DNA of 64,000 bases from NCBI GenBank assembly GCA_964057225.1, contig OZ059898.1, positions 10,106,001-10,170,000 on the forward strand, in the 5' to 3' direction. This document shows, one piece after another, positions 12,730 to 24,390 of the stretch (positions within the stretch are counted from its first letter, which is position 1; each line of letters begins with the position of its first letter). Under the pieces are notes generated by a model. The model worked only from the letters and a program-made list of their open reading frames with translations, did no database searches and was not told where the DNA came from. The DNA is from Auanema rhodensis (lineage: Eukaryota; Animalia; Nematoda). The position numbers and the translations under genes were made by a program.

Positions 12730-12800
12730 TGCATCGGCCGGGAATCGAACCCGGGTCGCCCGCGTGGCAGGCGAGCATTCTACCACTGAACCACCGATGC
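12730..12800 (-). tRNA. tRNA-Gly: tRNA-Gly(GCC)
   Basis: Identical to the consensus copy. Confidence 0.97.
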
Positions 12801-13597
12801 TTCGAAAATGTTAGATTGTTTCCGAAAAATTATGAAAAGTCAAGTTCTACTGATTTGAAGAGAATTGTAAGTTTTAGAAAATAATTAAAAATTAGTTCTC
12901 TCTACTATTAACTGATTGTCGGCTAAAATATGGTAACAGTTTTTATGAAAAGTTTCCATGATTAGGATTAAACAAAGAAAAAAGAATCAAAGAGAAACAC
13001 TTCTTGTTTACTTATTTGATTATAATACTTGAAATTCCGAAAACAGTAGAATAAAATGAAGAAAGCGACAAAAACAGTTGAACGATTTGAAGAGAATTGT
13101 AAGTTTAAGAAAAGATTTAAAGTTTAGCTTTGTCTACTATTAACTGATTATCGGCTGAAATATGGTGACAGTTTTTTATTAAAAGTTTCCATGATTAAGA
13201 TTAAACAAAGAAAAAAAAATCAAAGAGAAACACTTCTTGTTTACTTACTTGATTATAATACTTGAAATTCCAACAAAAGTAAAGTAAAACTGTTAAAGCG
13301 AGTAAAACTGTTGAACGATTTGAAGACAATTGTAAGTTAAAGAAAAAAATCAAAGTTTAGCTCTCTCTACTATTTAATGATTGTCGGCTAAAATATGGTA
13401 ACAGTTTTTATTAAAAGTTTCCATGATTAAGATTGAACAAAGAAAAAAAATCAAAGAGAAACACTTCTTGTTTACTAATTTGATTATAACACTTGAAAAT
13501 CCAACAAAAGTAAAATAAAACTGTAAAAGCGAGTAAAACTGTTGAAATAAAACAGTTTTTATTAAATATAAATGATATTTTTTTATAAAAATGAAGT

Positions 13598-13668
13598 TGC
13601 ATCGGCCGGGAATCGAACCCGGGTCGCCCGCGTGGCAGGCGAGCATTGTACCACTGAACCACCGATGC
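13598..13668 (-). tRNA. tRNA-Gly: tRNA-Gly(GCC), D-stem variant; E2 is inserted 62 bp upstream
   Basis: One substitution (TACAAT). Confidence 0.85.
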
Positions 13669-13730
13669 TTCGAAAATGTTAGATTGTTTCCGAAAAATTA
13701 TGAAAAGTCAAGTTCTACTGATTTGAAGAG

Positions 13731-14143
13731 CGTTCCATGGTGGTTCCCCAGGGTTCCGGCTGGGTAACCACATGGAATTACTTTCTTTTCTTCCAAATAT
13801 AAATGATAAAGAGTATAGAGAGAAAGGTTTATTCATGATAAAGTATACAAATTACAATAATAAAAGTTACATAATGATTCCTAGTCGCAGCCCAAAGGAC
13901 TCGTAAGGAAACCTTATATAGTTTTCCTTACGAGCATAAAAAGTGGTTATATCAGGTCTGCGGAACTTGGTTCCGCTTGAATTGGGCTTTCTTTAATTAA
14001 ACTTAATATGAAAAAGTGTTCGTTCATTATTGCATTGAATTCCTGTTTCTCAAATGTAGCGTCAGCTATTTGTTTTTATAATGTTCCGTTTTATAAGCGA
14101 TTGACGTTGTCAATCGCTCTACTTATAGGACACGTATGGAACA
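13731..14143 (-). repeat. E2 3' LTR
   Basis: Direct repeat of 17471-17883; termini TGTTCC...GGAACG on the element strand. Confidence 0.95.
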
Positions 14144-14346
14144 TGCCTAATATCGAAAAAGTAGCTGACCTCAGCTACATCGAGAAAGTGAAATTCCATG
14201 CAAATGTGAAAGTTGTATGAAATGTTTCAAAAAATAAAAGAATACTGATAATACAGAACAATTTTATGAGAAAAAATAAAAGGAAAACAATGTAATTACA
14301 AAATAATATATCATATATCATACTGGGAATCTTTCAAAAGTTCTTT

Positions 14347-14949
14347 TTAGTCTTCTTCATAATACTGGTATATCTCTGGTAATGGTGATGATCCTAGGTC
14401 GTGGAGAAGATCCATAGTCTTGTTGCATAAATCCGTTTTTCTTTCCATTTCTTCCTTGGTGGTTGCTGGTGATGCCAGAAATATTTGTAGAGCATTTATA
14501 ATGCTTTTTCTTGCCTCTGTGGATGGCAGTTCGCTGCAATGTTGCAGGCTCCATTCTTGATAGGCCGAATGGGTCTCGGCAATAATCCAGTTTGGTGTCT
14601 GCTGTACTGGTGAATCGCAACTAGGTGAATAACCTAGTTGGTCCCTTAGTTCAGCAATGGCATCTCGGATGACTCCTGCTATGTTGGTCCATGGTCCTAT
14701 GCAGTGGTCAACCTCCGACAGTTGATCTTTGTCGTATTGGTAACATAGGATTTTGAGCGTTTCAGTACTGGTGTTCGCTCTTGTTAGTCCTTGAACTAAC
14801 TCCTTCAGGATCTTCTCTTTTCTGGGGCGGTTGGCGATGATATTGGCGCCTAGCTGCTTCAATTCTCTTACTAATAGTTGAATTGAAAGCCATCTCTTTT
14901 TGGCCATCATGAGGGGAATTTCGACGGCTTCAGGAAGTTGGGTGGACAT
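14347..14949 (-). CDS. 200-aa hypothetical, probably helical protein carried by E2
   Basis: ATG-initiated ORF (context AAACAATG), GC-richer than its very AT-rich flanks, with amphipathic-helix-like composition. No family recognised. Confidence 0.65.
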   Translation of the reverse strand: MSTQLPEAVEIPLMMAKKRWLSIQLLVRELKQLGANIIANRPRKEKILKELVQGLTRANTSTETLKILCYQYDKDQLSEVDHCIGPWTNIAGVIRDAIAELRDQLGYSPSCDSPVQQTPNWIIAETHSAYQEWSLQHCSELPSTEARKSIINALQIFLASPATTKEEMERKTDLCNKTMDLLHDLGSSPLPEIYQYYEED

Positions 14950-15310
14950 TGTTTTCTTTGTTACTGTTTTCTGTCCTTTTATCCTTTTAAAACTAGGTCG
15001 GTCTGTTCCTTCCTTTTTGTCGCCTCCTTTTTGATCAGTTAGGTGAAAAAGTGATGAAGATTGGTAATTAAAACTTTGCAGTGATTTTTGAAAGATTCCA
15101 AGTATGATGTATAATTTTATTTTGAAATTTTTGTTATTAATACAATATTGTTATGAGAGTGAAAAAAATAAAAATGTACAATAATTTGTGTAGAATTTTA
15201 TGTATTACTTAAATGAGAAGAAAAAAAAAATATATGTTATTAAAATTATGAAAATTATGAAAATGGTATTATACTTTTTGTGATTTTTATATAGAAATTA
15301 TGGATTTTTA

Positions 15311-16048
15311 CTATTGTTCTAGCTTCTTACTTGTAGTCCCAATAACTGTTGACGGTCTTTTCTTATGGATGACTGGTACTGTTGGTGCCACGAAGTTTGG
15401 GTCCGGGATCTGACTCTTCAAAACTCTCTTCTTCGGCTCTGTTACTGGTTTGGTGCTGTGATACCTTATCGGCACATGATAAGGTTTTGCTGGCGTTGTA
15501 GGGGAATTATCTTCTAATCCCAATGCCAATTTAAGTGCTGAACTCCATTTCTTAATTGTGGGTGGCTCCTTCTTCCGTTCCTCATATAATTCTTTTCTTG
15601 CGTTTTCTTCTATTTTCTCTGATAGTTTGGTGAATTTCGAGGAAGAGGAGAAGAAAGAATAGCAGTATTTGGGTATGAAAATGATATTTGAGAATAATCT
15701 TTACAAGGGGAAGTATTTGTGCTAACATAGCTAGAGCTTTTGATAACGTTAGAATTGCGTTTAGGAGTTTGTTTGTTAACAGACGTTTTAATTTTTCTAA
15801 GAGTAATAGCGTGGCGAGAAGTTTTGATAGCTGTTGTGCCTATTTTTTTCGCGGGGGTACCCGGTATAGCGGGTGGTTTTTTTTGCAGCAGTAGGTCGGC
15901 GCTTCGTGTCCGGCTCATAAACATTTGGAGGTCCTCTCTTTCTTTGATTCTGCTCGAGTACTGGCTCGACGTGCGTATCATTACGGGGGGCTGCGCTCTG
16001 TGGATTTGTTTTATCCTGCGGAGGATTTTTACTCTTCGAGTCCGTCAT
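15311..16048 (-). other. Cluster of short overlapping basic/Pro-rich ORFs in E2 (possibly one frameshifted or spliced gene)
   Basis: Track ORFs 15797..16048, 15610..15981 and 15311..15529; the last frame stays open upstream to ~15700. Coding-like composition, no known motif. Confidence 0.35.
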
Positions 16049-17449
16049 CTTGTTGGTTTTCCTGGAAAGGAAATTATTATACCAACGATGCGAATCTTAT
16101 AAAAATATATATACAACGTGAGAGGCAATATGGGGTTGTATGCGTGACGCTTGCTAGGGGGCCAGCCTGCAGCGAATCTTCTAACGGAGAATTGCTCAAT
16201 CGGGTACATACACGGGCCTGTGACCGGTGCGCCCTTTCTAGGATCAAGTTCCCATCTCTCGAATAGGCGTGAAATATACGACGGTGATCTAAGCAGTATT
16301 CCCTTTCAGTCTTTCGACAAGATTAGGTGCTCAGGCCTCGAACATTCACTTTCCCAGACTTCTCTTGCCTATGAAAAATTACAGAAATCGCTCCCTTAAC
16401 GAAATTCTGCTCCCCTGATTTTTCATGGTGAGACCACTCTAACACTTTCATTCTCGACTAATTCTGTCGTAATTTTCAAATTTGCAAAAATAGGACCAAA
16501 AAGGGATCTTCAAAATCAGGAATGCGTACGTCTTATATCAAAAATAGTGGTTGCCTCCGCTCAGTTCTCGAGACAGTCTGGTATTGCTTCTCACGGGCTA
16601 CTTTTAGGATCAAAATGCAAAATTGTAAATCTTAGGTTCGGGATTCAGATAAAAAAATTTCAAAATTATTTGGCTGTTTTCTGGGTTATATTAGGAAGAA
16701 GAGAAAAAATAATAGTAATAAGAGAGGGAAAAAGATAAAATTTAAAAGAAGATAAAAGAAAAATAAAATAGGAATATAGTAGGAATATAGTAGGAATATA
16801 GTACTAGTATAGAATAGTTTTGTACATAAATATATATATATATATATATAAAGGAGTAATACATTTTAAAGGATAGAATAGAAATTAATGAATTTTAATA
16901 TATATAAAACAATGAATTTTGTGATGATTCATGAAAGAAATTAATTCATTTTTGATTCAAAAATTGTTTGAAACTTTATAACAAAAATTTATGAGAGATA
17001 GAATAGATTTTGATTAAAAAAAACAGAAAAAAAAAAGATTGACAGAAAAAAAAAAATATCGAAATACCTTTCTTTAAATGAATAAATATAAAAGAATTTC
17101 AAATTAATTTATGATAGTTATAAACAAAGTTTTTCCTCAAAAATGAATGAAAGATCTTAGAATATGGATAAAAATCGAAATGTTTCTTTTAAATGAATGA
17201 ATATAAAATTTCAAAATTAAGTTGTTTCAAAATATATCTTTTTAAATAAATGTATATAAGATTTCAGTATTAATTTATGAATCAAAATCAAAATAAAGTT
17301 CTTTGAATGAATGAAATAAAGAAGAGAAAGATTTCAAATTAAATTCATATAGCATAATCGAAATATAATTCTTTAATTAGATGTATGAAAGACAACAAAA
17401 TTAAATTTATGTAGCGAAATATGGTTCTTAGAGATTCGTCGGTTATAGA

Positions 17450-17470
17450 CGAATCTCGGCGGAACCTCCA
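17450..17470 (-). promoter_or_regulatory. E2 primer-binding site (tRNA-Gln type, ~20 nt)
   Basis: TGGAGGTTCCGCCGAGATTCG, complementary to tRNA-Gln ...CGAATCTCGGYGGAACCT-CCA. Confidence 0.9.
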
Positions 17471-17883
17471 CGTTCCATGGTGGTTCCCCAGGGTTCCGGC
17501 TGGGTAACCACATGGAATTACTTTCTTTTCTTCCAAATATAAATGATAAAGAGTATAGAGAGAAAAGTTTATTCATGATAAAGTATACAAATTACAATAA
17601 TGAAAGTTACATAATGATTCCTAGTCGCAGCCCAAAGGACTCGTAAGGAAACCTTATATAGTTTTCCTTACGAGCATAAAAAGTGGTTATATCAGGTCTG
17701 CGGAACTTGGTTCCGCTTGAATTGGGCTTTCTTTAATTAAACTTAATATGAAAAAGTGTTCGTTCATTATTGCATTGAATTCCTGTTTCTCAAATGTAGC
17801 GTCAGCTATTTGTTTTTATAATGTTCCGTTTTATAAGCGATTGACGTTGTCAATCGCTCTACTTATAGGACACGTATGGAACA
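17471..17883 (-). repeat. E2 5' LTR
   Basis: Direct repeat of 13731-14143, adjacent to the PBS. Confidence 0.95.
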
Positions 17884-18620
17884 AGAGAATTGTAAGTTTT
17901 AGAAAAGAATTAAAGTTCAGCTATCTCTACTATTAACTGATTATCGGCTAAAATAAGGTAACAGTTTTTATTGAAAGTTTCCATGATTAAGATTAAACAA
18001 AGAAAAAAAATCAAAGAGAAACACTTCTTGTTTACTTATTTGATTATAATACTTGAAATTCCAAAAACAGTAGAATAAAATAGAGAAAGCGACGAAAAAA
18101 GTTGAACGATTTGAAGAGAATTGTAAGTTTTAGAAAAGAATTAAAGTTCAGCTATCTCTACTATTAACTGATTATCGGCTAAAATAAGGTAACAGTTTTT
18201 ATTGAAAGTTTCCATGATTAAGATTAAACAAAGAAAAAAAAATCAAAGAGAAACACTTCTTGTTTACTAATTTGATTATAACACTTGAAATTCCAACAAA
18301 AGTAAAGTAAAACTGTTAAAGCGAGTAAAACTGTTGAACAATTTGAAGACAATTGTAAGTTGAAAAAAAAAATTAAAGTTTAGCTCTCTCTACTATTAAC
18401 TGAATGTCGGCTAAAATATGATAACAGTTTTTATTAAAAGTTTTCATGATTAAGATTAAACAAAGAAAAAAAATCAAAGAGAAACACTTCTTGTTTACTA
18501 ATTTGATTATAACACTTGAAATTCCAACAAAAGTAAAATAAAACTATGAAAGCGGGTAAAACTGTTGAACTAAAACAGTCTTTATAAAATATAAATGATA
18601 TTTTTTTATAAAAGTGAAGT

Positions 18621-18691
18621 TGCATCGGCCGGGAATCGAACCCGGGTCGCCCGCGTGGCAGGCGAGCATTCTACCACTGAACCACCGATGC
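18621..18691 (-). tRNA. tRNA-Gly: tRNA-Gly(GCC)
   Basis: Identical to the consensus copy. Confidence 0.97.
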
Positions 18692-19715
18692 TTCGAAAAT
18701 GTTAGAATGTTTCCGAAAAATTATGAAAAGTCAAGTTCTACTGATTTGAAGAGAATTGTAAGTTTTAGAAAAGAATTAAAGTTCAGCTATCTCTACTATT
18801 AACTGATTATCGGCTAAAATAAGGTAACAGTTTTTATTGAAAGTTTCCATGATTAAGATTAAACAAAGAAAAAAAATCAAAGAGAAACACTTCTTGTTTA
18901 CTTATTTGATTATAATACTTGAAATTCCAAAAACAGTAGAATAAAATAGAGAAAGCGACGAAAAAAGTTGAACGATTTGAAGAGAATTGTAAGTTTTAGA
19001 AAAGAATTAAAGTTCAGCTATCTCTACTATTAACTGATTATCGGCTAAAATAAGGTAACAGTTTTTATTGAAAGTTTCCATGATTAAAATTAAACAAAGA
19101 AAAAAATCAAAGAGAAACACTTCTTGTTTACTTACTTGATTATAATACTTGAAATTCCAAAAACAGTAAAATAAAATTGAAAAAGCGACAAAAACAGTTG
19201 AACGATTTTAAGACAATTGTAAGTTGAAGAATAAAATTAAAGTTTAGCTCTCTCTACTATTAACTGAATGTTGGTTAAAATATGGTAACAGTTTTTATTA
19301 AAAGTTTCCATGATTAAGATTAAACAAAGAAAAAAAAATCAAAGAGAAACACTTCTTGTTTACTAATTTGATTATAACACTTGAAATTCCAACAAAAGTA
19401 AAGTAAAACTGTTAAAGCGAGTAAAACTGTTGAACAATTTGAAGACAATTGTAAGTTGAAAAAAAAATTAAAGTTTAGCTCTCTCTACTATTAACTGAAT
19501 GTCGGCTAAAATATGATAACAGTTTTTATTAAAAGTTTTCATGATTAAGATTAAACAAAAAAAAAAAATCAAAGAGAAACACTTCTTGTTTACTAATTTG
19601 ATTATAACACTTGAAATTCCAACAAAAGTAAAATAAAACTATGAAAGCGGGTAAAACTGTTGAACTAAAACAGTCTTTATAAAATATAAATGATATATTT
19701 TTATAAAAGTGAAGT

Positions 19716-19786
19716 TGCATCGGCCGGGAATCGAACCCGGGTCGCCCGCGTGGCAGGCGAGCATTCTACCACTGAACGACCGATGC
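19716..19786 (-). tRNA. tRNA-Gly: tRNA-Gly(GCC), G9C variant in the A box
   Basis: GCATCGGTCGTTC instead of GCATCGGTGGTTC. Confidence 0.85.
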
Positions 19787-20811
19787 TTCGAAAATGTTAG
19801 ATTGTTTCCGAAAAATTATGAAAAGTCAAGTTCTACTGATTTGAAGAGAATTGTAAGTTTTAGAAAAGAATTAAAGTTCAGCTATCTCTACTATTAACTG
19901 ATTATCGGCAAAAATAAGGTAACAGTTTTTATTGAAAGTTTCCATGATTAAGATTAAACAAAGAAAAAAAATCAAAGAGAAACACTTCTTGTTTACTTAT
20001 TTGATTATAATACTTGAAATTCCAAAAACAGTAGAATAAAATAGAGAAAGCGACGAAAAAAGTTGAACGATTTGAAGAGAATTGTAAGTTTTAGAAAAGA
20101 ATTAAAGTTCAGCTATCTCTACTATTAACTGATTATCGGCTAAAATAAGGTAACAGTTTTTATTGAAAGTTTCCATGATTAAAATTAAACAAAGAAAAAA
20201 ATCAAAGAGAAACACTTCTTGTTTACTTACTTGATTATAATACTTGAAATTCCAAAAACAGTAAAATAAAATTGAAAAAGCGACAAAAACAGTTGAACGA
20301 TTTGAAGACAATTGTAAGTTGAAGAATAAAATTAAAGTTTAGCTCTCTCTACTATTAACTGAATGTTGGTTAAAATATGGTAACAGTTTTTATTAAAAGT
20401 TTCCATGATTAAGATTAAACAAAGAAAAAAAAATCAAAGAGAAACACTTCTTGTTTACTAATTTGATTATAACACTTGAAATTCCAACAAAAGTAAAGTA
20501 AAACTGTTAAAGCGAGTAAAACTGTTGAACAATTTGAAGACAATTGTAAGTTGAAGAATAAAATTAAAGTTTAGCTCTCTCTACTATTAACTGAATGTCG
20601 GCTAAAATATGGTAACAGTTTTTATTAAAAGTTTCCATGATTAAAATTAAACAAAGAAAAAAAATCAAAGAGAAACACTTCTTGTTTACTAATTTGATTA
20701 TAACACTTGAAATTCCAACAAAAGTAAAATAAAACTGTGAAAGCGGGTAAAACTGTTGAACTAAAACAGTCTTTATAAAATATAAATGATATTTTTTTAT
20801 AAAAGTGAAGT

Positions 20812-20882
20812 TGCATCGGCCGGGAATCGAACCCGGGTCGCCCGCGTGGTAGGCGAGCATTCTACCACTGAACCACCGATGC
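20812..20882 (-). tRNA. tRNA-Gly: tRNA-Gly with anticodon ACC (G34A variant)
   Basis: Anticodon loop CTACCAC (T at 20850 on the + strand); the rest of the gene matches the consensus. Confidence 0.8.
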
Positions 20883-21676
20883 TTCAAAAATGTTAGATTG
20901 TTTCCGAAAAATTATGAAAAGTCAAGTTCTACTGATTTGAAGAAAATTGTAAGTTTTAGAAAATAATTAAAAATAAGTTCTCTCTACTATTAACTGATTG
21001 TCGGCTAAAATATGGTAACAGTTATTATGAAAAGTTTCCATGATTAGGATTAAACAAAAAAAGAATTAAAAAGAAACACTTCTTGTTTACTTACTTGATT
21101 ATACTACTTGAAATTCGAAAAAAAGTAAAAAACAATTGAGAAAGCGACATGAACAGTTGAACGATTTGAAGAGAATTGTAAGTTTAAGAAAAGATTTAAA
21201 GTTTAGCTTTGTCTACTATTAACTGATTATCGGCTGAAATATGGTGACAGTTTTTTATTAAAAGTTTCCATGATTAAGATTAAACAAAGAAAAAAAAATC
21301 AAAGAGAAACACTTCTTGTTTACTTATTTGATTATAACACTTGAAATTCCAACAAAAGTAAAGTAAAACTGTTAAAGCGAGTAAAACTGTTGAACGATTT
21401 GAAGACAATTGTAAGTTGAAGAAAAAAATTAAAGTTTAGCTCTCTCTACTATTAACTGAATGTCGGCTGAAATAAGGTAACAGTTTTTATTAAAAGTTTC
21501 CATGATTTAGATTAAACAAAGAAAAAAAATCAAAGAGAAACACTTCTTGTTTACTAATTTGATTATAACACTTGAAAATCCAACAAAAGTAAAATAAAAC
21601 TGTGAAAGCGGGTAAAACTGTTGAACTAAAACAGTCTTTATAAAATATAAATGATATATTTTTATAAAAGTGAAGT

Positions 21677-21747
21677 TGCATCGGCCGGGAATCGAACCCG
21701 GGTCGCCCGCGTGGCAGGCGAGCATTCTACCACTGAACCACCGATGC
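21677..21747 (-). tRNA. tRNA-Gly: tRNA-Gly(GCC)
   Basis: Identical to the consensus copy. Confidence 0.97.
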
Positions 21748-22644
21748 TTCGAAAATTTTAGATTGTTTCCGAAAAATTATGAAAAGTCAAGTTCTACTGA
21801 TTTGAAGAGAATTGTAAGTTTTAGAAAATAATTAAAAATTAGTTCTCTCTACTATTAACTGATTGTCGGCTAAAATAAGGTAACAGTTTTTATTGAAAGT
21901 TTCCATGATTGAGATTAAACAAAGAAAAAAAATCAAAGAGAAACACTTCTTGTTTACTTATTTGATTATAATACTTGAAATTCCAAAAACAGTAGAATAA
22001 AATAGAGAAAGCGACGAAAAAAGTTGAACGATTTGAAGAGAATTGTAAGTTTTAGAAAAGAATTAAAGTTCAGCTATCTCTACTATTAACTGATTATCGG
22101 CTAAAATAAGGTAACAGTTTTTATTGAAAGTTTCCATGATTAAGATTAAACAAAGAAAAAAATCAAAGAGAAACACTTCTTGTTTACTTACTTGATTATA
22201 ATACTTGAAATTCCAAAAACAGTAAAATAAAATTGAAAAAGCGACAAAAACAGTTGAACGATTTGAAGACAATTGTAAGTTGAAGAATAAAATTAAAGTT
22301 TAGCTCTCTCTACTATTAACTGAATGTCGGCTAAAATATGGTAACAGTTTTTATTAAAAGTTTTCATGATTAAGATTAAACAAAGAAAAAAAATCAAAGA
22401 GAAACACTTCTTGTTTACTTATTTGATTATAATACTTGAAATTCCAAAAACAGTAGAATAAAATAGAGAAAGAGACGAAAAAAGTTGAACGATTTGAAGA
22501 GAATTGTGAGTTTTAGAAAAGAATTAAAGTTTAGCTTTGTCTACTATTAACTGATTATCGGCTGAAATATGGTGACAGTTTTTTTTTAAAAGTTTCCATG
22601 ATTAAGATTAATCAAAGAAAAAAAATCAAAGAGAAACACTTCTT

Positions 22645-22981
22645 CGTTCCATTCGGAAATCAATACGTAGCAGGCGGGTTAGAATCAGACGACATGAGGC
22701 TGAGAGAGGACGACACGCCCTTCATATGGAACACAGACTTCAGCTTTGCCTTATGGAATGACTATGGATGGTTGGTCTTCCTTTCTTAGCTCTCTTTCAC
22801 TTTATATCTTTATGTAGACTTATATAACTTATTGTAATCATGTAGACATAATAAACCTTTCTTTCTCGAGTCTTATGTTTATCCATTATGCTCTTTATCT
22901 ACCGCTACATCTGGAATACTATCACACTCATCTTGTAGGCTTTATTGGTCTATAGGATCGACGTGAGAGCATAACGGAACG
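22645..22981 (+). repeat. E3 5' LTR
   Basis: Direct repeat of 34877-35213; termini CGTTCC...GGAACG; TATATAA and AATAAA inside. Confidence 0.97.
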
Positions 22982-22994
22982 TGGAGGTTCCACC
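22982..22994 (+). promoter_or_regulatory. E3 primer-binding site (tRNA-Gln type)
   Basis: TGGAGGTTCCACC immediately after the LTR. Confidence 0.9.
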
Positions 22995-24390
22995 TCGAAC
23001 ATTTTATCTTGATTTCTTGACTATTTCTCTTATATTTTGTTATTTTCAATACAATTCATTGAATCTGAATTCTCTTATATCTCTAAACCATCTACTCCAT
23101 GTCTTAACACAATACGGTGGGGCCATCAACGTTTAAAAGGGAACAGATGCAAGGACCACTCCTTTTGGAGATGGATTTTATATTTTTTGAAACTGAAGTT
23201 ATATTTTCCCGTTTGTTCACAATTTTCTGTCTGTCTGAACCCAACAATTTTTATATCCTTGCTGTTAACATCGAATACTCTGTTACCCGAACTCGAAGCA
23301 TTTTTTGAGGACCCTAGGATGAATTAGTGAACAAATTCACCCAAGGATATTTTTTTATTGAGATTTATGCCCACACTTTCACCTTTTAAGGATTGATTTT
23401 GGCTTCGAGGAAAGAATAGCCACGGTTATTTCTTTATTTTTTGTGGATGAAACAATTTTGCGCACCAAATTGAGATTATTTCATATTTTGCGATCAGGAC
23501 TATTTTATTTTGCGTTACATTTCTGTTCAGACAACTTTTTGCCATTAACATCCAAAAATATTTTGATAACGCATTGAATTTACACGGGAAACCTCACCTA
23601 AATGGGAGGAATATTATGAAAAGTGAATTTTAAGATCGCTATAGTCCGAAAAATCCTGTACAATTTTACAAACTGAATTATTATTAGTGATTGTCTATCA
23701 GGTCGTGTTGGCTTAAGCATATCAGTTTGGATTTTCTCCCCTTACTATATGTCACCTTCCTCATACCGTTATTGTTGTTTTGAAGCATAAGACTCATTCC
23801 TAAACACCATAATTCTTTAAATATAGTTATTGTAATCTTTAGTCATCTATTCCTAGCCATAATTTTAAAACTAGATTTCTGATCATGATGGGACTACGGT
23901 ACTCATTCGTTTTTCAAATTGCTTCCTTAAAAGAGTAATGCTATTACGAATGTACATTATGAAAACCGCTAAAATCCTTTGAACATTTACCAAAGTCCAT
24001 TTTCGTGGCATTTTCGATCACTCGAGAGTCCAAGAAGATCAGAATCGTCAGAAAAAGAAAAAAAATGGGAATAAGGACTAATGAGATTGCTCAGGCATCA
24101 ATCAAGTGAGCACTGAACATTTTTGAACATATACAAACTGGTTGAATTATATACATTTAAGAATATTAAATTGGAAAGCGAACAAAGTCCAAATTTTCAT
24201 ACGGTAGTAGGCGGATCTCTGTTGATGGCCACAACTTAGATTCATTCCTTAACGCCGACTATACAAACCAGTTACTCACAGCTTTCTCACCCCTTTTCCA
24301 AAACTCCTTATCCATAACACTCATTAACGTCTCAAAATCCCCCACGTTACTAAACACTCAAGGTTTTTCCAAACCAAGAGCGCTACCAAA

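Larger units (their letters stand above)
2933..13730. repeat. tRNA-Gly / ~232-bp satellite tandem array, segment 1
   Basis: Recurrent monomer (GATTTGAAGAGAATTGTAAGTT...CTACTATTAACTGA...GAGAAACACTTCTTGTTTACT...GTTGAAC) with a period of ~231-233 bp, interleaved with a ~171-bp tRNA cassette. Confidence 0.97.
13731..17883 (-). mobile_element. E2: non-autonomous LTR element (4153 bp) without recognisable pol
   Basis: 413-bp direct LTRs with two differences seen, AGAG TSD (13727-13730 / 17884-17887) and a tRNA-Gln PBS. No PR, RT or IN motifs in the internal ORFs. Confidence 0.92.
17884..22644. repeat. tRNA-Gly / satellite array, segment 2
   Basis: Same ~232-bp monomer and tRNA cassette. Confidence 0.97.

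Noticed and set aside
16770-16850. AGGAATATAGT repeats and (TA)n tract in the E2 leader
   Set aside because: Ordinary low-complexity sequence with no evidence of function.
22982-22994. Idea that the elements are primed by the tRNA-Gly they insert next to
   Set aside because: A Gly PBS would read TGGTGCATCGG; all four read TGGAGGTTCC, which matches tRNA-Gln.
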